Shown: positions 24,871 through 37,971, numbered from the stretch's first letter. The stretch: 64,000 bases of DNA from Octopus vulgaris (GCA_951406725.2 OX597815.1:21390001-21454000); one strand, 5' to 3'. Made by a program: numbers and translations. Notes: generated by a model from the letters alone, not told the origin.

Positions 24871-25030
24871 TGATTGCATACCCATAAGAAGCCCATTGCG
24901 CTTGTGGTCCCTGCAGAGACTCCACTGGTATCAGTTGTACTTGACAGCTTCCAAAAGGAGCTCCATATTGTCACATGACTCCTTCAGATGGACTGAGTAG
25001 GCAATGTGACTGCTGAGGTATTTATTCCCA
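24871..25030 (-). pseudogene. Chapaev3-like (CMC) DNA transposase fragment
   Basis: GNKYLSSHIAYSVHLKESCDNMELLLEAVKYN*YQWSLCRDHK...LLMGMQ; resembles the recalled motif HNGNKYPS.P.AHSVHLKE.Y...W...GD.K...LMG.Q. Confidence 0.6.
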
Positions 25031-26790
25031 TATATTGGATAATGTAGTTCTGGATACACTATATCATTATGACTAAGAGAGAAAAAAGGGATGGTCATAG
25101 AGAGAATGACTTTGATCATAGATCTGTTTCATTAGATGCTCAACAACAACAACAATCTATGGTAGCATGGAAAAATTTGTGTTTAAAAATAAGAACTGCA
25201 TTGTTTTATATCAATTTATTCTATGCTAGCCTGGGTAGGATGGCATTTTTCAAATTTGTATATTTGTGCAGGAGTAAGGATCAGTACTATATCCTCTTTA
25301 GGCCTCACTATATTTGAGTGAAGAGTATTTTCATTAGGTTTTATTGTGGTGGAAAGTACTTGAGAGAGTGTGTCTTAATTTGTTCAGCTCATGCAGTTCA
25401 TAATTCTTTTAACAAATCTGTGAGAAAAAGGAACATAATCCCTTAAATCATCATCATCATCATCATTGTTTAACATCCGTTCTCCATGCTAGCATGGGTT
25501 GGACGGTTTGACCGGGGATCTGGGAAGCCAGAAGGCTGCACCAGGCTCCAGTCTGATCTGGCAATGTTGCTACAGCTGGATGCCCTTCCTAACGCCAACC
25601 ACTCCGTGAGTGTAGTGGGTGCTTTTTATAAGCCACCTGCACAGGTGCCAAGCGAGGCTGGCAACGGCCACAATTGGATTGGTGCATTTCACGTGCCACC
25701 AGCACGGAAGCCAGTCAAGGCGGCACTGGCTTTGGTATATTAAAATCACTGAAATTACTAATTTCAGAAGGGTTAAATGTGAAGATAATTAAAGTCCTTA
25801 CAAATATAATTCATAACAAATATAATTCATGCACTTGATACAACCCACTCAATTAACAAGATTTAAATGTGAGATACAAACAGCTATAAAGTTGAAGTGC
25901 TGGATAACAAGGTCATGGATTCAAACTTTACACTTTTGTATTAGGCCTTTCATCAGAGAAGGAAAGGATCTTTTTACAAAGCCTCCAAGATTGTTGACAG
26001 AAAGGAAGGGAGATGGTCTGAATGCTTGCAACAGAGTGGATTCCACTAAAAGCACACAAAGGCTAGTGTTAAACAACAGATTAGGACAGATCCAGTCTAC
26101 AACCTAAAAACAAGTACAATCCATCCAACTGGCTTCCACACAGCTTTTTGTGTAATCAATTTCATTCACAGGTCTTGGGCCAATCTGAGGATTTGATAGA
26201 ATATAATTGCCCAAGTTGTACAGTAGAACTGAACCCAGACCTCCATGGCTTATGGCCATACCTGAAATTATTATGTTGTTTTTTCATCAAGATCAATAGC
26301 TATGCTGGATTATGTCTACCTGTCTGGCAACAAATCCCATCCTTACATACCTATTTCTTTACTACTCACAAAGGGCTAAACACAGAGAGGACAAACAAGG
26401 ACAGACAAATGGATTAAGTCGATTATATTGACCCCAGTGCATCACGGGTACTTATTTAATCGACCCTGTAAGGATGAAAGGCAAAGTCAACCTTGGCAGA
26501 ATTTGAACTCAGAACATAACGGCAGACGAAATACTGCTAAGCATTTCGCCCAGCGTGCTAACGTTTCTGCCAGCTCGCTGCCTTAAATACCACTTACATA
26601 CCTTACATACCACTGATTGTTTAGTGGTAAGATTCACATACATCAACTGTGAAATAAATAATTGCAGCAATATATATATAACAACTATCCAGGTTTATTC
26701 AAATCCATCTCATTCATGACTACTATGGAAAAATAGATACGAAACGGTTAAAACAAAAAGAAGAAAATGAAATGAAAAATAACTATTTAC

Positions 26791-26857
26791 CTGTTTTTGT
26801 TCCAGATGTTGTTTCAGTAAGAGTATCCTGAATATCCGAAGACTTTTAGAGCCAAAC
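26791..26857 (-). CDS. POLR3C: POLR3C coding exon 10
   Basis: (R)FGSKSLRIFRILLLKQHLEQKQ|gtaaat. Confidence 0.93.
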
Positions 26858-27193
26858 CTTAAAGTGGATTCATAATATGACATCAGTGAGAATGTTAAGC
26901 AGCATTGAATAAAATATATTTGTGTAAAGTCATGTTCAACACATTCAAGGGTATTCAAATGTAATAAGACCTTTTGCTATGGAGTAAATCTTGGGAGAAA
27001 ATTATCCACCTGGACAGGTGTGAAAATACATGTCTAGGTGGAGTATAATATAATAGATACTTGTATATTTGTTTGTATAGCAAGTGTATATGAGAACAAT
27101 ACAGGTAAGTACACACATATATATATGTATAACAGATGTATATACAAGAAGTCTATATATGAACAACAAACATACATTTATACAATATGTATA

Positions 27194-27248
<55 letters not shown>

Positions 27249-27486
27249 GTACATACACAATGCATTTGTAAGTACATGTTTATACAATTGTATGTAAGTA
27301 CAACATATCAGAACAGTGACATATATGTACACAAATAAGCATATACATACACCATACTTTTATAATCAACATATATATATACTGTTTATACAAGTACATT
27401 TTATAAACAGTGTACTTGTCTGTACAGCAACGTACTTTGTAAGTACAACAGATTTAAGAACAACAAAACCAAAATTATTAACTTAC

Positions 27487-27547
27487 CTTTCTTGAACAAC
27501 TGATTCAATATGACTTTTACAGAGTTCTGTCAAAGATTTATGAATAT
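27487..27547 (-). CDS. POLR3C: POLR3C coding exon 9
   Basis: (N)IHKSLTELCKSHIESVVQE(R)|gtaagt. Confidence 0.93.
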
Positions 27548-27881
27548 CTGATGTCAATCAGTTAAGAGAACAAAATTATTATAATATAAATAGAGAGCTT
27601 GTGAGAATAAGATGATTATGATAATACATTAATGACCACATAATTATGCGTAATTATGAGTGAAATTTTGTGCTTTGCTGGACCCCAGTTTCCTGGTGTT
27701 CTTAAATTAAAATTGTTTCACTGCTGACTTCAGTGTAAGCTATAGACCTTATTCAACACCACCACCTCTTCCATTGATGATTTTAACCAAGTTCATTCTG
27801 TTACAAGCATTTAGACCAAATTTGTAGTCCTGCTCTACTTGTTATTTTTCATGCATACAATGACCTGCATATGTTCAATCA

Positions 27882-27913
<32 letters not shown>

Positions 27914-28311
27914 AATTATTGTATACAGTGCTCAGGTGCACCACAACTTGTCAAAAGTGCGTATAAAGCATATGCAGTAATGTACAAATGTCTGGGAAGT
28001 GAACAGTGTATGAGTCAGATACATGCTTGTGTGTGTAATGGAGGGGAGAAAATCAGGTGTAGTGTTGGCGAATCTCAGGAAGCATGGAAGTTTTGAAGGA
28101 TGCAGTGCTCCGACAACTAACAACTGATGCTGGCAGTTTGTTCCACGCTTCAGCAACTCTTAGCGTAAAAAAATGTTTCCGAAAGTCATGGGAGCTGTGC
28201 TGTTTTCTGACTTTGTAAACATGTCCACGGGTGTTAGACAGGTGGAGTTTGAAAAGGTGCTCAGAGTTATTGTTAGTAAGATGGTTTATAATTTTTTGGG
28301 CGTCTGCCAGA
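27882..28311 (-). mobile_element. CR1-clade LINE 3' end with a (TTA)n tail
   Basis: SNTRGHVYKVRKQHSSHDFRKHFFTLRVAEAWNKLP, the typical CR1 TRGH...RK.FF..RV...WN.LP motif. Confidence 0.88.
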
Positions 28312-30705
28312 CATTGGAGTTTCAATGTAGTCATGCCCAGGGAAGTAAGGCGTTCAGATATTGGCCATCTTAATTAATATCACCAGTATGGAAGACCTGT
28401 AAAGGTCACAGCCATTGCACTTCTTCTCTTCCCCCTGACTAACTTATATAAATAAATAAATATAAATATTCTTCTAATCTTCAGGAGGCTACTGAAAGTC
28501 ATATGCTTTAATGGCATTAAACATAAAAAAAAAGACAAATCTCATCCTGGAAGGACTCAGGTCTATCATAGCTATCATTTCTAGATAATCTGGTAGTTAT
28601 TTACAACAGTCAAATGAAGCAATGTACAATAACATTTATCCAGAAATGCAACATGCTTACAGGAGATTTGAACCCATGATCTGGCAGTGAATGGTCCAAT
28701 ATTTAATCATTAGTTAGGTTACTGCTAACATATTTTATTCATAGAGTATTAATAAAAAAACTAATTAGAAATAATTATGAGGAGAGGAATAATTGCCAAA
28801 AATATACATCAATAAATAATTTTGTCTTCTTTCTTTGCTACATAATTATTCTAATTATCTTTTTTTTTTTTATGCTCCCTACATTAAATAGGTTAACACT
28901 AATTATTGGTTTTCATGTCGATAACATCTTAAAAATTATTCCCTAAACAATTCTTTTTTCCTACACCAACCAATGTACAATTTTGTCCATTTACATAGGA
29001 ATTCTTTCATCACCATCATCATTGTCATTTAACGTCCACTTTCCATGATGGCATGGGTTGGACGGTTTGGCTGAGGACTGGCGAGCCAGAAGGCTGCACC
29101 AGGCCCCAATCTGATCCGGCAAAGTTTTTACAGCTGGATGCCCTTCCTAATGCCAACCACTCCAAGAGTGTAGAGGGTGCTTTTATGTGCCACCAGCATG
29201 AGGGCCAGTCAGGCGGTTCTGGCAACAACCACACTCACGTGTTTTTTACATGCTACCTGCATGGGAACCAGTCCAGCAGTACTGGCAACAATCACGCTTG
29301 AATATTGTTTTCCACATGCCACCAACACATGTGCTGGTAAGGCGACGCTAGCAATGATCATGCTCGAATGGTGCTTTTTACGTGCCACCAGCATGGTAAG
29401 TCATTGTAAAACTAAAACATGTCCAGCATTCCTCCTTATTTGTTACAAAGATGAAAATAATATAAATCACTGGCTATTATTGCTTCCATCCTGCCATAAA
29501 ATTATTTCTGCGTAATGTTTTGATGCACACCATATTAGATATGTGAGGTGGCGAGCTGGCAGAAACGTTAGCACACCGCGTGAAATGCATAGCCGTATTT
29601 CGTCTGTCGTTACGTTCCAAGTTCAAATTCTGCCAAGATCGACTTTGCCTTTCATCCTTTCGGGGTCGATAAATTAAGTACCAGTTACGCACTGGGGTTG
29701 ATGTAATCGACTTAATCCCTTTGTCTATCCTTGTTTGTCCCCTCTGTGTTTAGCCCCTTGTGGGTGGTAAAGAAATACATATTAGATATGTGAACACTCA
29801 CTAACTTGACTTTTTTCATGTAAATGGTGTCTCTAAATTGTTAATAATTAATCCACTTTATAATCTTGTATCTATTCAGTTTGTTTGGCAGAAGAATGTA
29901 CCATTTCTATTTTATGGTTTAAGCATCTATTTGGAAAATCACTTGTCCCAAAAGTATACAAGGTAATAATAATCATGTTTTGACTTGGCACAAAGTCCTA
30001 CACATTTTGAAGAGAGAAAGTATGGTCAATTATGTCACCTCACATCTTGACTAGTACTTTATTTTATCAATTCCAAAAGGATCAAAGATAAACTCAGAAT
30101 GAGTTCAAATCCTACTAATATCAACTTTAAGCTACAATTTAATACAGTAAAGGAAGGCCTTTGATGGTAAAGTCCAACATTTAACCAGTTCTACCAAATC
30201 ATCACTATTCTGTCCCACAACCTACTTATCCTACTGATCAACATCATCATCATCATTTAACGTCTGCTTTCCATGCTAGCATGGGTTGGACGATTTTGAC
30301 TGAGGTCTGGTGAACCAGATGGCTGCACCAGGCTCCAATCTTGATCTGGCAGAGTTTCTACAGCTGGATGCCCTTCCTAACGCCAACCACTCCGAGAGTG
30401 TAGTGGGTGCTTTCTACGTGCCACCGGCACGGGGGCCAGTAAGGCGATGTTGGTAATGATCATGCTCGAATGGTGCCCTTTTACGTGCCATGGCACGGGG
30501 GCCAGTCAGGCGGTACTGGCAATGACCTCGCTCAAATCTTTTCACACATGCCACTGGCACAATCATAAATAATAATTAACATCAGAGCCATGTTAGCATA
30601 AAAGAAAAAAAATGATATATAAAGTAATAAATAAACCACAACATGATTTGTAAAAGCAACCATTGTCCATGCATCAAAGAGGCTGGATTTCACTAGAAAG
30701 GATAC

Positions 30706-30757
30706 TTATTTCATACATTCCTCCGCCAGCTTCTGCAGCTTTGAACACAAACTGGGA
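30706..30757 (-). CDS. POLR3C: POLR3C coding exon 8
   Basis: SQFVFKAAEAGGGMYEI(N), with the conserved GGGMY motif. Confidence 0.92.
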
Positions 30758-30796
30758 CTACAAGGGAAAAAAAAAAGACAACAAAACATAGATTAA

Positions 30797-31405
30797 CCCT
30801 TTCATTACAGTATTTATTTTGAGATGCTCTGCGTTTCTTTCAATTATTTTAAACTAACAGTATCGCCCGGCGTTGCTCGGGTTTGTAAGGGAAATAACTA
30901 TATAAGCATTTTTAGAGAGTTATAGCCAAAAAATAGCAAAAAATGCATCAAAAATGGAAAAAAAATGATTGTAAATTTTTTTAAATCGTTGATGCATCGT
31001 AGACATTTTTAGAGAGTTACTTCCCTTATATAATAGCGAAAAAATGCATTAAAATGGAAAAAAATGATGGTAAATTTTTTTTAAAATCGTAGACTCATCA
31101 TAGACGCGCACTAATACCCAGAAGGGCTCGATATGAATCACGACTATAAGATACCCAGTTTTGGTTAAACTGCACCACAAAATGTGGGAGTAGTTAGAAA
31201 TCTAAATCGTAGGAGACAGACACACAACCTTACTTTTATATATAAAGAAGATATAACAAAGAATTTAGTAAAATAACTTTGTTATCATTAAGCTAATGTT
31301 GGGAACATAAATTGAGACTAAGGTTTGGTGGAAGATTTTAATTCAAAACTTATGAAAACAAGACATTTGTACTACATAACCACAGCCGGTTTGGTAATGA
31401 AAGGG
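30797..31405. mobile_element. piggyBac-like MITE
   Basis: TTAA|CCCTTTCATTAC...GTAATGAAAGGG|TTAA. Confidence 0.8.
30854..31251 (-). mobile_element. non-autonomous Helitron nested in a piggyBac-like MITE
   Basis: same 3' end as the 13100 element (cccgagcaacgccgggcgatactgttag|t); A|TC start; internal ~105-bp tandem duplication. Confidence 0.75.
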
Positions 31406-32403
31406 TTAATGTAGGAACAGAGCTTAGGTTATTCAACACTAATTCTCAAATGATTCCATTAAGGATAATTTATCCTTTTCTCTACAATTGACAGGCTCTG
31501 AGGTAGTCTCTATGTTGGCTGCACCTACATAAAATAACACCAATTCCACCACCACCACCACCACTTAGTATCTTTATAAATGAATTTTGCAATGTAATCT
31601 TTTATATAAAAACTAAATGAGATATAGGATAATCATGGTCGAAATGCCTTTAATCATAAGTCAGCTCAATCAGAACAGAAACAACAGCATCATTATCATC
31701 CCCATCATCAACAACAACAACTCATAGGGTTGTAATATATTTGACTAAATCATATAAGGGGATTTATCTCCCTGCTGGCAATATAAACAAAAGTGCATTT
31801 TGCACCAAAAGCCAATGTGAGAGTTTCTCTCGAGGTATCTACCACAGTATAGTTTGTTCTAACAGAACAACCACACTCAAGTGGGGATAAATATCTGACT
31901 AGATCTCTGTCTCTTGACCCCTGTCTTCCTCTCATACTCAGATTTCTTTCTCTTTCAACTCCCCCATCCTGCTTCATCTACTGCAGTCACTTTATGCCCT
32001 ACCCACTCTATTGGTCATACTGTCCTGAACTGAACAGAAGCAACACACAGTGGCAAGGACCCTTTTCGTCTCCACTAGTGTTGGCACCTTGATAAGACCC
32101 ACCCTGTACACTTTGTAAAACGATTAGTGAATGAGCTGAAACAATGTTGAGAGGACCCTTTGGCCCTGTTTTGCAGAATACATGACACTCTCTTTAATGT
32201 TAATGCCACAATAAACTGCACCTAGTACACTCTGTAAAGTGGTTGGTGTTAGAAGAACATCCAGCCATAGAAATCATGCCAAAATAATAAGTGCAAGCAA
32301 GACATGCTTCCCAACCCATTTCAGGCTATTGTAGCCTATCATACCCATGCCAGGATGGAAAGTGGACATGAGATTATGATGATGGTGAAATCTAACAGAT
32401 ATT

Positions 32404-32824
32404 GGATCTTTTTGGTTTGAACGGCAGTTTTTAACATAATTTCTAGGTAACTAAAAAATTTTAAACTCCGTAACACTGGTAGAATGTGTTTATAAAACAT
32501 CTTTTTCTCTTGGCTTTATTGAGAAAATTCTATAGTTTGTAAGATATTTGTTGTTTTTTTTCTTCAATTTCTGCAATTTCAACCAATCACTGACGTCTGT
32601 TGAGGTAAAAAAACATTCTGTGCCGTATGAATATGTCCCCTGTTTAAGAAACAGATTGGGTTTATTTACATTCGTGAAGAAAAAAAGATACCCCCCACAC
32701 ACACACACACACACTAACCCGAAAACAGATTGAAATGCAATAGATCGATACTAGGGTCATAATTATGGGTGACAATTTTATATGACACCGCTAGAAAAAA
32801 CTGCCATTCAAACCAAAAATATCC
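32404..32824. mobile_element. same MITE family, opposite orientation
   Basis: TIRs and 8-bp TSD CAGATATT. Confidence 0.9.
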
Positions 32825-32929
32825 CAGATATTTAATTCAAGCTACCTGCTCTTGCATCTTTTAATCAATGTCTGTGTTTACATCTGAAAAAGGCCACTCA
32901 ACACAAATCCCATGCCTGAGAGATTCCAG

Positions 32930-33300
32930 TTATAGCTTCCGTTACCTAAGCAACCAAATCAGCAATGGAGGAGGATGCTCTGAAAGCATGGCTGCTAGAA
33001 AGCATGGCTGCTAGAAAGCATGGCTGCTAGAAAGCATGGCTGCTAGAAAGCAGGGCTGGGCAAAGTTCAGAGAAATGCTATTTTTGTTGGTAACAAAGGG
33101 CCTCTCCCTCAGAGTGAAAGACATTGCATGATGCTTGTGTATGGGCAGCTATGATAGTGAAACATGGGCTGTGACTGCAGAGGACATGTGTAGACACGAA
33201 AGAAATTCCGGCAGTATGCTCCACTGGATGTGCAATATCAGTGTGCATGTATGACAAAATGTAATGTTTTAAGAGAAAAACTGGGTGCAAGAAGCATCAA
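32930..33300 (+). mobile_element. RTE RT fragment containing a 16-bp minisatellite
   Basis: YL..QISNGGGCSES...GWAKFRE; (gaaagcatggctgcta)x4 at 32982-33045. Confidence 0.75.
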
Positions 33301-33592
33301 TGCTTTCTTAGATGCTATATACATCTAAAAAAAATGAGATGATCACAGTTGAAAGGCCTTCAATCATAGATCTTCCTAATTAGGGTTGACCTAGGGCTAA
33401 ATAACAACTTGAGTACATTCATATAATATACAATATATACCTACATACATATATGTGGTTGCTAATATTTAGAGTTGTTTGATAGTTTTTCGGTTGTTTC
33501 TGTTTTTTGTTTTTTTTATATTTTGGACAAAACGTCAGTACAAGAATATCAGAAAAGAAATGGAAGAAATGAGAGAAAAGTTGTTTACGTAC

Positions 33593-33670
33593 ATCATCAC
33601 ACATGACAGAGAGGTACTGCTCAAGGATGGGTTTTGTAATTTCAAGTTCCTTAGGAAGATTAATGAATAT
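33593..33670 (-). CDS. POLR3C: POLR3C coding exon 7
   Basis: ttag|IFINLPKELEITKPILEQYLSVMCDD|gtacgt; cf. human IFRSLP...VLDQYLTLLADD. Confidence 0.9.
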
Positions 33671-33698
33671 CTAATAAAGAAAGATAAGGATATTAATA

Positions 33699-34100
33699 CT
33701 AGGTTGAGGAAAAAGTTTCTGCGGCATGTTAAAATAAGGATTTTTTATGCAAGAATTTATTCAAAAACAACAACTATTCTTCAAAATAAAGACCATCATC
33801 TTCCACGACCTTCTGCCAGCAATCAGCAAGCTTTCGGATTTGGTCAAAGTACCAATCCTTTAGCTTTGAATTGAAAAGTTCTTGACAAGCTTCTTCAACT
33901 TCATTGAATGACTCAAATCGGTGACCTTTCATAAAGTGCTGTATTGATCGGAAGAGGCTATAGACAGATGGAGCAACGTCTGGACTATAGACTGGATGCG
34001 GCAGAACTTCCACACCATCCAATTCTTTAATCTTGTTGCTGGTCTTTCTGGCGGTATGCGGCTTTCCATTGCCTTGTTGAAACAAAGCACGTTTTCAATG
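33699..34100 (-). pseudogene. mariner transposase 3' fragment plus right TIR
   Basis: QQGNGKPHTA...LPHPVYSPDVAPSVYSLFRS...WQKVVEDDGLYFEE* (degenerate HDNARPH and YSPDLAPSD motifs); TIR ta|ctaggttgaggaaaaagtttctgcgg. Confidence 0.88.
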
Positions 34101-34670
34101 AACAAGTCTTGGGTACTTTCAGAGTGGTTGGCATTAGGAAGGGCAGCCAACTCTAGAAACCTTGCCAGATCAGATTGGAGCCTGGTGCAGCCTCCTGGCT
34201 TGCCAGTCCTCAGTCAAACCATCCAACCCATGCCAGCATGGAAAGCAGACGTTAAACAATGATGATGATGATTATATATATATATCAACCAAGTCTGGAA
34301 ACAAAACCTGGAATCAAATAGTCTTAAAGTTAAATTAGCAAAGACCAAAGTTCTAGTAAAAAACAGACAGACTTGGGGCTAAACAACAAAAACAACTGCT
34401 AATGGGTGAGCTTTTGTATGTCAACCTGCTTGAAATAGCAGCCACAATTCCCTCAGATCATATCATAAAGGAGGAAGGACACATTGGATAATGTAGTCTT
34501 GGATAATGAATAAACAAGATGGCCATGGCTGGAACATTTTTGATTTAGATCTACTTAATTGAGATTAACTTGGCAAGCAATAACAACAACTCTCCACAGT
34601 GGAGTTTTGTTCATTTACATCTCATATATAGTTTCATAGACACAGCAAATGCAGAATATTTAGATCTTAC

Positions 34671-34763
34671 CTCATTAATGGAGATTGGTGTGGTAATAAG
34701 GGAATCAGCAGTAGTGTTAGTCTCACTAATCCGAAGCATGGTGCGGATTATTTCAGAAGCTTT
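34671..34763 (-). CDS. POLR3C: POLR3C coding exon 6
   Basis: KASEIIRTMLRISETNTTADSLITTPISINE|gtaag. Confidence 0.95.
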
Positions 34764-34967
34764 CTAGAAAAATAAAACATGAATTTCAAGTCAGAATTAA
34801 GAAATTTGGGGAGCATATTTACATCATCACTAGAACTGAAACCTTATTTTTTGTAATATTTATAATTAGTCAAAATGTCAACAAAGAATATAAACATCAT
34901 CATTATTTCATTGAAGTGATTAGAAGCATAGAATATCAACATCCATGTAGGTATGATTGTGTGGTAT

Positions 34968-35250
34968 TGGCATCAGCCACGCTTGAATGGTGCTTTTTAC
35001 ATGCCATAAGCACAAGTACTAGCCAGGTGCACTGGCATCAACCATGCTTGAATGGTACCCTTTACATGCCACCAGCATAGGTGCCGGTCAGGCAGCACTA
35101 GCATTGGCCACACTCGAATGGTGCTTTTTACGTGCCTCCAGCACAGGTGCCAGTCAGGTGACACTGGCATCAGTCACGCTTGAATGGTGATTTTTACATG
35201 CTGCCAGCACAGGTGCAAGTCAGGTGACACTGGTATTGGCTACGCTCGAA
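34968..35250. repeat. ~65-bp minisatellite (about 4.5 units) derived from the family C internal unit
   Basis: repeats of ggcatcagccacgcttgaatggtgctttttacatgccaccagcacaggtgccagtcagg. Confidence 0.85.
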
Positions 35251-35762
35251 TGATGATCATCATCATCATCATTAGCACTTAATGTCCACTTTTCCATGTT
35301 TGTATGATTCAGATGGAATTTACTGAGGTAGATTTTCTACGACCAGATGCCCTTTCTGTCATCATCCCTCATCTGTTTCCAGACAAGGTATTATATCTCC
35401 AAGGCTGAACATATTTTCAAGGAAGATTAGAAACAAACAACATCACTTGCATGATAGTGATGTGCATTTACAACCATGTCCGTGCGAGTGGCACGTAAAA
35501 AGCACCAACTGATTGTGGTCATTGCCAGCCTCCCCCGGCACCTGTGCCGGTGGCACATAAAAAGCACCCACTACACTCACGGAGTGCTTGGCGTTAGGAA
35601 GGGCATCCAGCTGTAGAAACACTACCAGATCAGACTGGAGCCTGGTGCAGCCTCCTGGCTTCCCAGACCCCGGTCGAACCGTCCATCCCATGCTAGCATG
35701 GAAAACGGACGTTAAATGATGATGATATACATACACACACATATAAAGTCAAAGAAACCAAC

Positions 35763-35867
35763 CTTGTCAATTTTGTTCAGCATAGCAGAAATGATGGCTT
35801 GGTCACGGAAATGTTGATGGAAACGGTCAAAGTCAACTTTCCAGTAAACTGTATCAGTGTTGTTCTC
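35763..35867 (-). CDS. POLR3C: POLR3C coding exon 5
   Basis: ENNTDTVYWKVDFDRFHQHFRDQAIISAMLNKIDK, with the conserved DRFHQHFRDQAI motif. Confidence 0.95.
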
Positions 35868-35909
35868 CTGTGTGATAGAAGTAAAAACATTTTTTTAAAT
35901 TTCTGCCCA

Positions 35910-36345
35910 ACACCAACACCACCACTACTATAACTACTACATTTGTCACTCTTACCACCACTACCAATATCACCACTACATCAAATGCTACCACTGCTAC
36001 TGTTACTACTACTACTACCATACCAACTGTTACTGCCTGTTACCACTACCAGTGGCATCACCACCATCACATCCACTACTACTGTTACAACAACCACTAA
36101 CACCACTACAACTGCTACTGTTACCACCACCACCACCACCACCCCTACCAGTGTTGCTATTACCTTGACTACCACCAGCTTTACAACTACTACCACTGCC
36201 TGTTACCACTACCACTAGCATCACCACCATCACAATAACTACTACCACCACTACTGTCATAACAATCACTACTATCGTTACCAACACCACTACTACCAGT
36301 ATCATCACCACTACTATTACAACTAGTAACACAGCCACTACATAA
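35910..36345. repeat. degenerate (ACC/ACT)n trinucleotide low-complexity tract in a POLR3C intron
   Basis: direct reading of the sequence. Confidence 0.9.
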
Positions 36346-36414
36346 CTTAGTACATGAAGAACTTGAAAATTTCAGTGTCTGAAAAAGGTGTAAAATTGAA
36401 TGGCTGTAACTTAC

Positions 36415-36473
36415 AGAGATCTTCATTGCTTTAGCAGATGGAGGACTATCTGATCTCCTTCTTTGGGTATTAA
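36415..36473 (-). CDS. POLR3C: POLR3C coding exon 4
   Basis: tttccag|(V)NTQRRRSDSPPSAKAMKIS|gtaagt; corresponds to 'KRRRSSDED...KAKRPK'; restores phase 0. Confidence 0.85.
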
Positions 36474-36814
36474 CTGGAAAAAAAGAAGGGCACAAGGAAT
36501 AAAGACAGTGTTTCTCAACAGACATTTCTTTGTGAAAGTTATAATTGCTTAAAATATTAACATGCTGGCTTACACAAGCTGAAGGGTCGATGTTTTATAT
36601 CATATCATTAGGGATAAAATGTGTGTTTGGAACAGAAATATAATTTGTAAAAGTACACATCACCTTGTCTTCCATAGTTACCAGGGTATATAATACACCA
36701 TACTGTTGAGAGAAATAAACACGATAAACACAGAACTAATCTACCTTTTAAATAACATGCTAGTATTTTATAGCACTCGTGCTGGTTCCACATAAAAAGC
36801 ACCCAGTATATTAA

Positions 36815-37412
36815 AATAATAATAATAATAATGAAATTATTGTATACAGTCCCCAGGTGCACCACAACTTGTCAAAAGTGTGTATAAAGCGTATGCAGTA
36901 ATGTACAAATGTCTGGAAAGTGAACAGTGTATGAGTCAGATACATGCTTGCGTGTGTATGGAGGGGAGAAAATCAGGTGTAGTGTTGGTGAATCTCAGGA
37001 AGCATGGAAGTTTTGAAGGATGCACTGCTCCGACAAATAACGACTGATGCTGGCAGTTTGTTTCATACTTCAGCAACTCTTAGCATGAAAAAATGTTTCC
37101 GAAAGTCATGGGAGCTGTGCTGTTTTCTGACTTTGTAAACATGTCCATGGGTGTTAGACAGGTAGAGTTTGAAAAGGTGCACAGAGTTATTGTTTGTAAG
37201 ATGGTTAATAATTTTATGGGTGTCTGCCATGCTTCCTGAGATTCACCAACACTACACCTGATTTTCTTCCCTCCATACACACGCAAGCATGTATCTGATT
37301 CATACACTGCTCACTTTCCAGGCATTTGTACATTACTGCATATGCTTTATATGCACTTTTGACAAGTCATGGTGCACCTGAGCGCTGTATACAATAATTT
37401 CATTATTATTAT
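36815..37412. mobile_element. CR1 3' end (minus) joined to an inverted copy of its own 3' part
   Basis: same family as 27882; 37227-37412 is the reverse complement of ~36821-37007. Confidence 0.85.
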
Positions 37413-37971
37413 ATCTGGAACCTAGTTTCGGTTTCAATCGAAAACATTACACTTCCATCTACCATACCTTTGAGAAAGGTATAAATTCACACACATCCTT
37501 TGCTAAAAATCCTTCACTTTAAATTGTAATAAGGAACCATACTTCTGCATAGTCACTCAATTTGCTAGAAATAACAGCCAGACTTCTAACAATATCTTAC
37601 TATCTTAAATAAAGAAGGATATCTTGACAATGTAGTGTTCCTGATATACAAAAAGATGGAATAATCCTGCTGGAATCACAGGTCATCCTGATCAGGGCTG
37701 GTTGAAGGCTAAACAACAATAGTTACTATAACACAGGTCATCCTATAAAGCAACAGCTAATGTGATCAGATACAAAAGCTTTTGTTCCACAGTCATGAGT
37801 TCAAATCCAACAGCAGGTATAGGTTGTGTTCTATTACCTAAGGTTCCATGATTTTTTTAACAATTCTACTACAGCTACAGGTAACAAAAAGAACTGGTAT
37901 TAGGAAGGATATCTGACCATAAAATACTGCCTCAAAAAGTCCCATCCCACTCATGCCAGTCTGAAAAAGTG

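Noticed and set aside
25486-25743. Recurrent 'LQLDALPNANHS' ORFs and similar SINE-derived ORFs
   Set aside because: Translations of non-coding repeat families with inconsistent starts and stops among copies
33479-33874. 131-aa plus-strand ORF
   Set aside because: Antisense overlap of POLR3C exon 7 and the mariner end; no independent support
35943-36338. Thr-rich and Val-rich ORFs
   Set aside because: Artefacts of a trinucleotide low-complexity tract inside a POLR3C intron
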